Shown in pieces: positions 36,396-43,613 of a DNA stretch of 43,613 bases (within the stretch, counting starts at the first letter, position 1; each line of letters begins with the position of its first letter). A program made the position numbers and the translations under genes. The notes beneath the pieces were generated by a model that searched no databases, had not been told where the DNA came from, and saw only the letters and a program-made list of their open reading frames with translations. The DNA comes from Chthoniobacterales bacterium (GTDB lineage Bacteria > Verrucomicrobiota > Verrucomicrobiia > Chthoniobacterales > JAFAMB01): NCBI GenBank assembly GCA_035483355.1, contig DATHPZ010000088.1, positions 1-43,613 on the forward strand, given 5' to 3'.

Positions 36396-38945
36396 TCACT
36401 CCGGCCGGTAATCGAATAAATTGAGTTGAGGTTTTGGTTCTTCTTTCCGCTTCGCGCGACTCCGAAAAACCTTGGCCTCGGCCAATCGTGGTTTGCCTTG
36501 CGCATTCAATTCTGAGGCTTCCAGATTCGCGAGAATTTCTTTGGCCCGGTCAATGACATCGTCAGGCAAGCCGGCGAGGCGGGCGACCTGTATGCCGTAA
36601 CTCTTGTCGGCGGCGCCCGCCTGGATCTTGCGGAGAAAGATGATCTGATCGTTCCATTCCCTGACCGCCACATTGTAGTTCTTCACACCTTTGCAAATTA
36701 CCGCCAGTTCGGTCATCTCGTGATAATGCGTAGCGAAGAGCGTCCGGGCGCGAAGCACATCGTGCAGATACTCCGCCACGCTCCACGCGATGGACAATCC
36801 GTCGAAGGTGGAAGTTCCGCGACCGATCTCGTCAAGAATCACCAGGCTGCGCTCGGTCGCGTTATTGACAATGTTCGCGGTCTCGTTCATCTCAACCATA
36901 AAGGTCGATTGCCCCCGCGACAAATCATCGGATGCGCCCACTCTGGTAAAGATACGGTCGACTAACCCGATCTCTGCCATGGCAGCCGGTACGAAGCTGC
37001 CAATTTGGGCCATCAAGACAATTAATGCGACCTGCCGGATAAAGGTGGATTTGCCGGCCATATTTGGACCGGTGATCAGCAAAAGGCGGTTCTCGACGCC
37101 ATCGAGCAAACAATCGTTAGGGACGTATTTCTCTTCCGTGACGTTTTGATCGAGAACGGGATGGCGCCCGTCGCGGATATAGATCCGCGATTCGTCCGTC
37201 ACCGTCGGTCGCGAGTAACCGAAGAGCCGGGCTGTTTCGGCGAGGGAAGCGATCACATCCAAAACTGAGATGATTCGAGCCGTTCCCTGGAGCTGGGGCA
37301 GGTATTCCAAAAGGCTTTCGCGCAAGCGAAGAAAAAGCTCGTACTCCAACGCCCTGGAGCGCTCATCGGCACCCAAAATCTTCGACTCCACTTCTTTCAA
37401 TTCCGGAGTGATAAATCTTTCTCCGCCCACGGTCGTCTGTTTCCGCGTGTAATCGGCCGGCACAGCACCCAAATTCGAATTGCTGACTTCGATGAAATAG
37501 CCGAAGACGGAGTTGAACCTGACCTTCAACGACTTGATGCCGGTGCGTTCGATTTCTCTCTGTTGCAGCGCCGCAATCCAGTCTTTTCCGCTTCTCGAAG
37601 CGCCCCGTAATTCATCGAGTTCTGCATCGTACCCCTGACGAAACATTCCGCCCTCTTTGAGCAACGCCGGCGGTTCCTCGACCAGGGCATCGCTCAGGAG
37701 TTGAACCAAGCCGGGCAGCTCAGGAATTCCCGAAACGATCCGGGTCAAGAGCAGTTCCTCTCCTTCCGCAAGGACAGCTTTGGCGAGAGCTGCAAGATGC
37801 CCCTTGAGTTCCGGCAACGATTCGAGCGATAGCCGAAGCGCGACGACGTCCCTGGCATTCCCGCTTAACTGGCTCAACCGACCCACGGTTCGCTCGACAT
37901 CACGAATAGTGCCCAAGGTCTCCCGCACGGAATTGAGCAGGAAGGGTTGATCCAGAAATTGCTGAATCATCTCCTGTCGTTGCCGAATCTCAGCCTGTGA
38001 CCGTAGCGGCTTTAAAAGCCACTGCCGAAAGAGTCTGCCGCCCATGGGCGTGACGGTTCGATCCAACGCCGTCAGCAAGCTGGAATCTTCGCCCGCGCCT
38101 TTCGAATGTATCAGTTCAAGGTTCTGTTGAGTGGCCACATCCAGCGCAACGTGCTGGTCAGAAAGAAAAACTCCAAGCGATCGGATATGCGAAGTTCGGC
38201 GCCGCAATTGGTGCCTGAGATAATGAACGATCGCGCCGGCCGCGCCGATTGCGACAGGCAGGTCGCTACAGCCGAAACCGTCTAGCGACTGGACGCAGAA
38301 CTGCTCACGGAGCAGGTAAGAAGCTTGATCCAGTTCGAAAGTGTAGCCGTCATACGAAGAGGCGCGCCGAATCTTACCAAGGAGGTCGTGGTCCGAATCC
38401 GGCACCAGGACCTCTGATGGGCTGAAACGGGCCAGTTCATCTTCGAGTAAGCTGAACGAGTTCACCTCGGTCACCCGAAACTCGCCGGTGCTGACATCGA
38501 GCAGCGCCAAGCCGAACACCTGCTTTTGGCCGGCACCCGAGGATTGCTTCGCTGAAGTGGAGGAGCGTCGTCCCACCGCAGCGAGGAAATTGTTCTGACG
38601 GGATTCCAAAAGTTGGATATCGCAGACCGTTCCGGGGCTGATAATCTGGCTGACCTGTCTTTCAACAATCCGTCCCGGCTGCGGTTCGCTGGTCTGGTCG
38701 CAAATCGCGACCCTGAGGCCGGCTTTTATCAACCGGGCGACGTACCCTTCAGCGGCGTGGAACGGCACCCCGCACATCGGCATACCGTTGCGCTTCGTCA
38801 AAGCCACGTTTAGAATCGGCGCCGCTGTTTTAGCGTCTTCGAAGAAAAGCTCGTAGAAATCCCCGAGACGAAAAAGGAGCAGAGTACCTTCGGGCAGAGT
38901 CCGCCGGATGCTCTGGTACTGCTGCATCATAGGGGTAGCGGACAT
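36396..38945 (-). CDS. mutS: DNA mismatch repair protein MutS
   Basis: 849 aa. N-terminus TPMMQQY...FYELFFEDA, Walker A GPNMAGKST, and DEIGRGTSTFDG. Confidence 0.95.
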   Translation of the reverse strand: MSATPMMQQYQSIRRTLPEGTLLLFRLGDFYELFFEDAKTAAPILNVALTKRNGMPMCGVPFHAAEGYVARLIKAGLRVAICDQTSEPQPGRIVERQVSQIISPGTVCDIQLLESRQNNFLAAVGRRSSTSAKQSSGAGQKQVFGLALLDVSTGEFRVTEVNSFSLLEDELARFSPSEVLVPDSDHDLLGKIRRASSYDGYTFELDQASYLLREQFCVQSLDGFGCSDLPVAIGAAGAIVHYLRHQLRRRTSHIRSLGVFLSDQHVALDVATQQNLELIHSKGAGEDSSLLTALDRTVTPMGGRLFRQWLLKPLRSQAEIRQRQEMIQQFLDQPFLLNSVRETLGTIRDVERTVGRLSQLSGNARDVVALRLSLESLPELKGHLAALAKAVLAEGEELLLTRIVSGIPELPGLVQLLSDALVEEPPALLKEGGMFRQGYDAELDELRGASRSGKDWIAALQQREIERTGIKSLKVRFNSVFGYFIEVSNSNLGAVPADYTRKQTTVGGERFITPELKEVESKILGADERSRALEYELFLRLRESLLEYLPQLQGTARIISVLDVIASLAETARLFGYSRPTVTDESRIYIRDGRHPVLDQNVTEEKYVPNDCLLDGVENRLLLITGPNMAGKSTFIRQVALIVLMAQIGSFVPAAMAEIGLVDRIFTRVGASDDLSRGQSTFMVEMNETANIVNNATERSLVILDEIGRGTSTFDGLSIAWSVAEYLHDVLRARTLFATHYHEMTELAVICKGVKNYNVAVREWNDQIIFLRKIQAGAADKSYGIQVARLAGLPDDVIDRAKEILANLEASELNAQGKPRLAEAKVFRSRAKRKEEPKPQLNLFDYRPE

Positions 38946-39093
38946 GTTGCCGGAAGGTTACGATGGCAGAGACAGGATGCAAGGACGGGACGGTGGACGC
39001 ACACCGGTCCACTTTTCAATTTGTCACCCCCTTCTTTTCTGGCAACATGGGTAACCGGCCAATCGGCGTGACGCTTCCCAGAAAATCCGAAGG

Positions 39094-41355
39094 ATGTTTT
39101 CCGCAAGCAACGTCGCAGTTCGGATGCTGCCGCCAACTCTCAATTTTACTATGCGTGCACGGATAGGTCAGCGGTCTCGCCAGACAGTCTTTCGGCTCTT
39201 CGGAAATCTCGTCGCCGGGATCTTCTACCGGGTAAGCACATTTGGATTAGAGAATCTCCCGGAATCGGGCTTTTTGCTGGTGCCAAATCACATGACGTAT
39301 GTGGATGCGGTTGTTCTGCAGCTCGCTTGCCCGAGACCGATCCGATTCATCGTCCATGAATCGATCTATCGAATCGGATGGCTCACCTCTATTTTCAAAC
39401 TGGTCGAAGCCATACCGATCTCGAATATCCATGCGAAAGAGGCGCTCCGGGAAGCGGTTGAAAGGATTAAAAAAGGCGAGATCGTTTGCATTTTTCCCGA
39501 AGGTGAGCTGAGCCGCACAGGGACATTGATCAAGTTACGCAAAGGCTTCGAATTAATTGCCCGATTGGCCGAGTGCCACGTTGTTCCAGTTTGGCTGGAC
39601 GGTCTCTGGGGCTCAATCTTTTCATTCGAGGGTGGCAAATATTTTCTGAAGATTCCGAAGCGGATCCCGCAGATTGTGACCATTGCTTTTGGGTCTCCGA
39701 TAGCCCCTCGTTCGGTTGATATCGGCACCATCCGGGAAAAGCTTCTTGAGCTTGGAGAATTCTGTTTTCAGAGACGACCGGAGCTTACGAATCACCTTGG
39801 CCGGGCGACGGTGCGCGGTCTCAAGCGGAAACCGTTCGACGATGCGATCATTGACGGGATGGATGGGCGAGTGCTGAAGCGCGGCGATTTACTCGCATGT
39901 TGCATAGCACTCAGTCGATGGATCAAACAACAGTGCCCGGGCGAGCGCGTAGCTGTCGTGCTGCCGCCGGGGGTGGGAGCTGTGATCGCCAATGTCGCGG
40001 TGACGTTGGCGAACAAAATAGCGGTCAATTTAAATTTTACCGCCGGACGCGCCGCCCTGCAGTCGGCAATCAGCCGCGGTCAGATCCTGCATGCGATTTC
40101 CGCCAAGCCGGTAATGAAGCGTCTGGAAGATTTCCCGTGGCCAAAAGATGTCTTCCGATTGGAGGAGCTCATGCCGGAACTGAAACCGAGAATCCTCCTT
40201 TGGCGGGTGATCTCGGCCCTGTTGCCGGCCTGGCTGTTAAGCAATCTTCTTGGCTTACCCCAAAAGGGCGACCGGAAAGAGGCGGTGCTTCTGTTCACCA
40301 GCGGCTCTTCCGGCGAACCGAAAGGTGTCGTGCTCAGTCACCGAAACGTGCTGGGGAATGTCGAGCAGTTCGGTTCCATGCTGAATCTTGGGCGGGACGA
40401 TTCTGTCATGGCGTCGCTTCCATTCTTTCACAGTTTCGGCTGCACAGTTACCCTGTGGTACCCAATGATTGGCGGAGTCCGCGCAGTCACCTATCCTACC
40501 CCGGTCGACGTGGTCAAGAACGCGGAGATTATTGAGCGGTATAAGATCACCTTGCTGGTCACCACTCCCACATTTTTACGAGGATATCTGAAGCGGGCCG
40601 AGCCCAAACAGTTTGCCAGCATCAAGCTTCTGGTGACCGGCGCGGAAAAGTTGTCCCGGGAACTTGGCGATGCGTTCGAGGAAAAATTCAGAAAACATGT
40701 CCTTCAGGGGTATGGACTGACCGAAACAGCTCCGGTGGTCAGCACTAACTTGCCCGATCCTGCTGCCAGCCGGCCGAACGATACAGTGCAACCAGCCAGC
40801 CGCGTGGGTTCCGTAGGCAAATTGCTACCGGGAGAAGCTGCACAGATCCGTGATCCGGAAACGAATGCAATGCTGTCACCGCACGAACTCGGAATGCTTT
40901 GGTTAAAAGGTCCGAATATATTTGAAGGGTATCTCAATGAACCCGAACGAACGGCAGAGGTCCTGCGTGACGGATGGTTCAAAACAGGGGATCTTGGCCG
41001 GCTCGATGAAGACGGATTTCTCTACATCGAGGGACGCTTATCGCGGTTCTCCAAGATCGCCGGTGAAATGGTTCCGCATGAGACGATCGAAGCGAAGATC
41101 GTCGAAGCATTTGGCCTGAAGACGGAAGAAGAACGCGTGGTCGCCGTCGTCGGCGTACCTGATCAGGCGAAAGGTGAAGCGCTCGTTCTGCTCGCGACTC
41201 GTGATCTTTCTTCAGACAAGATGCGGGAACATTTGCTGGCTGGCGGCCTGCCGAATCTTTGGGTGCCGCGCACCATCAAACGAGTGGAGAGAATTCCGAT
41301 TCTTGGTTCGGGCAAACTTGATCTGGGGAAGTGCAAGGAATTGGCGTTAATGTAG
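39094..41355 (+). CDS. aas: Bifunctional lysophospholipid acyltransferase / acyl-ACP (AMP-forming) synthetase, Aas-like
   Basis: The N-terminal PlsC-type domain has NHMTYVD (HX4D) and FPEGELSRTG. The C-terminal adenylate-forming domain has LFTSGSSGEPKGV, GYGLTE and TGDLG. The start is uncertain (ATG at 39094, 39124 or 39151). Confidence 0.85.
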   Translation: MFSASNVAVRMLPPTLNFTMRARIGQRSRQTVFRLFGNLVAGIFYRVSTFGLENLPESGFLLVPNHMTYVDAVVLQLACPRPIRFIVHESIYRIGWLTSIFKLVEAIPISNIHAKEALREAVERIKKGEIVCIFPEGELSRTGTLIKLRKGFELIARLAECHVVPVWLDGLWGSIFSFEGGKYFLKIPKRIPQIVTIAFGSPIAPRSVDIGTIREKLLELGEFCFQRRPELTNHLGRATVRGLKRKPFDDAIIDGMDGRVLKRGDLLACCIALSRWIKQQCPGERVAVVLPPGVGAVIANVAVTLANKIAVNLNFTAGRAALQSAISRGQILHAISAKPVMKRLEDFPWPKDVFRLEELMPELKPRILLWRVISALLPAWLLSNLLGLPQKGDRKEAVLLFTSGSSGEPKGVVLSHRNVLGNVEQFGSMLNLGRDDSVMASLPFFHSFGCTVTLWYPMIGGVRAVTYPTPVDVVKNAEIIERYKITLLVTTPTFLRGYLKRAEPKQFASIKLLVTGAEKLSRELGDAFEEKFRKHVLQGYGLTETAPVVSTNLPDPAASRPNDTVQPASRVGSVGKLLPGEAAQIRDPETNAMLSPHELGMLWLKGPNIFEGYLNEPERTAEVLRDGWFKTGDLGRLDEDGFLYIEGRLSRFSKIAGEMVPHETIEAKIVEAFGLKTEEERVVAVVGVPDQAKGEALVLLATRDLSSDKMREHLLAGGLPNLWVPRTIKRVERIPILGSGKLDLGKCKELALM

Positions 41356-41396
41356 CGTCAGGCTGGAAGCCTGTGACTGGCTGACCGGGGGGAACA

Positions 41397-42074
41397 TTAC
41401 CGCGCCGCCATCGGAGGCGGAGATGTGCTGCCGGAGGTGGCTACAGCTTGTGTTCCCGGCGGTGGGGGCGACGGACCAGCGATCGGACCGTTGACGACCG
41501 GAGATTTAGGAATTGCGGCAGGTTGCTGCACTAAGTCCGGTAATGAACCGGGGATAATGTCGACCGTTGCGCCGACACCGATCGTATTGAAGACCCTGAG
41601 CACATCGGCCGACTTCATCCGTACACAGCCGAAACTGGCCGGATGCCCGACATTGCGTTCTTCGGGTGTGCCATGGATATAAATGCATCGCGCGAAGGCA
41701 TGCCGATTTTGTGATTGGAGCCCTTTTAACCAGATGATTCGAGTCACGATCGGGTCACGCCCTGGGGCATTGGGCACCAGGACTTCACCGGTTTGGCGGC
41801 GGCTTTTGAAGACGGCACCGAGCGGTGCGCCAGCGCCGATTTTCTTCGCTACCACCATTCTTCCGAGCGGCGTCGAGCGGCTGCCCGGCCTGTCTCCCAA
41901 ACCGAACCTTGAGGTTGAAACCGGAAAGCGCGCCAGTAGCTTTGCCCGGTGAAAAAGCTCCAAACTTTGGTCCGCGATACTGACCAGGATTCGATGATCG
42001 CTATCCCTCGTCTCGCAGGATGAGAAAAACAACGTCAGCGCCAGCAGGAGAAAAACGGACCAACGACAGGCCAT
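41397..42074 (-). CDS. L,D-transpeptidase (YkuD domain) lipoprotein
   Basis: It has a lipobox, LFFSSC, the catalytic motif IHGT....VG.PASFGCVRM, and a Pro-rich C-terminus. Confidence 0.85.
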   Translation of the reverse strand: MACRWSVFLLLALTLFFSSCETRDSDHRILVSIADQSLELFHRAKLLARFPVSTSRFGLGDRPGSRSTPLGRMVVAKKIGAGAPLGAVFKSRRQTGEVLVPNAPGRDPIVTRIIWLKGLQSQNRHAFARCIYIHGTPEERNVGHPASFGCVRMKSADVLRVFNTIGVGATVDIIPGSLPDLVQQPAAIPKSPVVNGPIAGPSPPPPGTQAVATSGSTSPPPMAAR

Positions 42075-42155
42075 GGACCTGACTTATAACAAAAGATTTG
42101 CACATATCAACGGGCGAAGCGTCCAGCTTTGCCCGGCCATAAAAAAACAAAGGTC

Positions 42156-42764
42156 CTACGACCCAACGGCGGTTTCTTCCCCGACCGCGTAACGTGCAAA
42201 ACGGCGGATCACGAGGTTCTCGCCGAGTTCGGCGATCTTCAATGAGACCAGATCTTTCACTGTTTGATCCGGATTCTTAATGAATGCCTGATCCAGCAAA
42301 CAAACGGTGCTGAAAAATTTGTCGACTTTTCCTTCGACGATTTTCTCGACGATACTGGCCGGTTTACCCGTGACTTGGGCACGATAAATTTCGCGTTCCC
42401 GTTCAAGTACCTGAATTGGAACCTGCTCGCGACTCACATACAGAGGATGCGAAGCAGCGATATGGAGGGTAATATCTTTGACAAAATCGCGGAAATTCTC
42501 ATTCTTCGCGACAAAGTCGGTCTCGCAGTTTATTTCGACGAGAACCCCTATTTTACCCTGTAAATGAATGTAGGAAGCAACGACGCCTTCTTTGGCGGAT
42601 CGGGATGCTTTCTTGGAGGCGCTGGCGATCCCTTTTTTACGAAGGATATCTTCGGCCTTGCTCAGATCGCCATCAGACTCGACCAGCGCCTTTTTGCAAT
42701 CCATCATGCCCGCGTTGGTCTTATCACGCAATTGCTTGACGAGGGTTGGGTTGACTTCAGCCAT
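42156..42764 (-). CDS. tsf: Translation elongation factor Ts (short form)
   Basis: The N-terminal UBA-like motif is VKQLRDKTNAGMMDCKKAL, followed by VLVEINCETDFVAKN. It lies downstream of rpsB, the canonical arrangement. Confidence 0.9.
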   Translation of the reverse strand: MAEVNPTLVKQLRDKTNAGMMDCKKALVESDGDLSKAEDILRKKGIASASKKASRSAKEGVVASYIHLQGKIGVLVEINCETDFVAKNENFRDFVKDITLHIAASHPLYVSREQVPIQVLEREREIYRAQVTGKPASIVEKIVEGKVDKFFSTVCLLDQAFIKNPDQTVKDLVSLKIAELGENLVIRRFARYAVGEETAVGS

Positions 42765-42923
42765 AAGAAAAACAGTTTAGAAATTCGAGATTAGTATTTT
42801 GAGTTGTGCATCGAGGATAACATCCCGTCCGGTTGGTCCTTGAGCAGCCTTGTTCTTGGCGAAGCTCCCAGGAGAATCACGCGGCGAGGGACTCAAAACT
42901 CAAAGTTAAAAACCAACCAGAGC

Positions 42924-43613
42924 TCACTCGGCAACAGCCGCGAGATTTGCCGTCTCTTCCTTGTTCCCCTCGTGAGAAGCCGTGTAGATGGCATCGACCA
43001 ATTTCTGGAGAATAACTCGAATTGCACGAATTGCGTCGTCGTTTCCAGCAATCGGATAGCTCACTTGATCGGGATCCGCGTTGGTGTCGACGATTGCGAC
43101 GGTCGGGATCTTGAGTCGCTGCGCTTCCGCGACGGCAATCGATTCCCGGGAAGTATCTATAATCACCATCGCATCAGGCAGACGGTCCATGGTGCGGATT
43201 CCTTCCAGGTTCCGACGGAGTTTTTCTGCTTCGCGCCTCAGCGCTGACAGTTCCTGTTTCCCCATCTTCGAGTATTCCGGGGACTTCTCGATCTGCTCGA
43301 GATAAGTCAAGCGTCCGACACTTTTCCGAATGGTCGTCAGATTCGTCAAGGTTCCACCCAGCCAACGCTGATTTACGTAGAACTGCCCACAGGCCACCGC
43401 AGCTTCCTTAACGGCTTCCTGGGCTTGCTTTTTGCATCCAATGAAAAGCACCTTTCCGTTCTGTCTGGCAATATTCGAGAGAAAGTCGGTCGCCACCTGC
43501 AACTGTTTAACGGTTTCGGAAAGGTTAATGATGTAGATGGAGTTCCTTTGCTCGAAGATGAAAGGCTTCATCTTCGGGTTCCATCGCTTCGTCTGGTGTC
43601 CAAAATGAACTCC
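42924..43613 (-). CDS. rpsB: 30S ribosomal protein S2 (5' end lies beyond the window)
   Basis: Canonical S2 sequence. The frame stays open to the window edge (GVHFGHQTKRWNPKMKPFIF...), so the true start is outside the window. Confidence 0.9.
   Translation of the reverse strand, partial: GVHFGHQTKRWNPKMKPFIFEQRNSIYIINLSETVKQLQVATDFLSNIARQNGKVLFIGCKKQAQEAVKEAAVACGQFYVNQRWLGGTLTNLTTIRKSVGRLTYLEQIEKSPEYSKMGKQELSALRREAEKLRRNLEGIRTMDRLPDAMVIIDTSRESIAVAEAQRLKIPTVAIVDTNADPDQVSYPIAGNDDAIRAIRVILQKLVDAIYTASHEGNKEETANLAAVAE

Noticed and set aside
42765-42923. Inverted 8-mers (ttttgagt/actcaaaa) flanking about 90 nt in the rpsB-tsf spacer, considered as a regulatory structure.
   Set aside because: The stem is short and AT-rich, and the known S2 autoregulatory leader lies upstream of rpsB, outside the window, not in this spacer. 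The evidence is insufficient.

Overview
This 43.6-kb chromosomal window is densely packed with about 40 mostly housekeeping CDS. They include:
- the glycine cleavage genes gcvP and gcvT-gcvH
- trpD, a solitary nuoA, acyP, yajQ, hpt-moaD, bioA, pyrD, mnmE and hisC
- an exbB-exbD-tonB-TonB-dependent receptor cluster
- a fur-like-sufCBD operon
- dgkA, mutS, an aas-like gene, an L,D-transpeptidase, tsf and rpsB (cut by the window end)

I could not support any rRNA, tRNA, CRISPR array, transposase, integrase or recognisable defence-system gene. Gene content and style (a GxxExxY cassette, short EF-Ts, dispersed trp/nuo genes, weak Shine-Dalgarno sites, GTG/TTG starts) suggest a Verrucomicrobiota-like genome. 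That assignment is inference only.

The most unusual signal is non-coding. Two collinear ~270-nt elements (2231-2505 and 13886-14154) fold as long hairpins. They share a conserved core, but their 31-nt terminal arms have completely different sequences and are still perfectly self-complementary. A second internal helix also shows compensatory changes. Each element sits against gene stop codons.

A related 10-13-nt motif (AGTGTCCTGTC) recurs at four intergenic loci. One of these is a perfect 22-bp palindrome upstream of a ParA-like ATPase operon, whose partner gene encodes an uncharacterised protein with HeH/SAP-like motifs.

Secondary observations:
- a GxxExxY gene cassette bounded by inverted 9-mer arrays that supply the last codons of hisC
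- a Fur-family regulator fused into the suf operon, with a Fur-box-like hexamer array upstream
- long untranslated gaps in the TonB cluster

All functional interpretations of the repeats are hypotheses.
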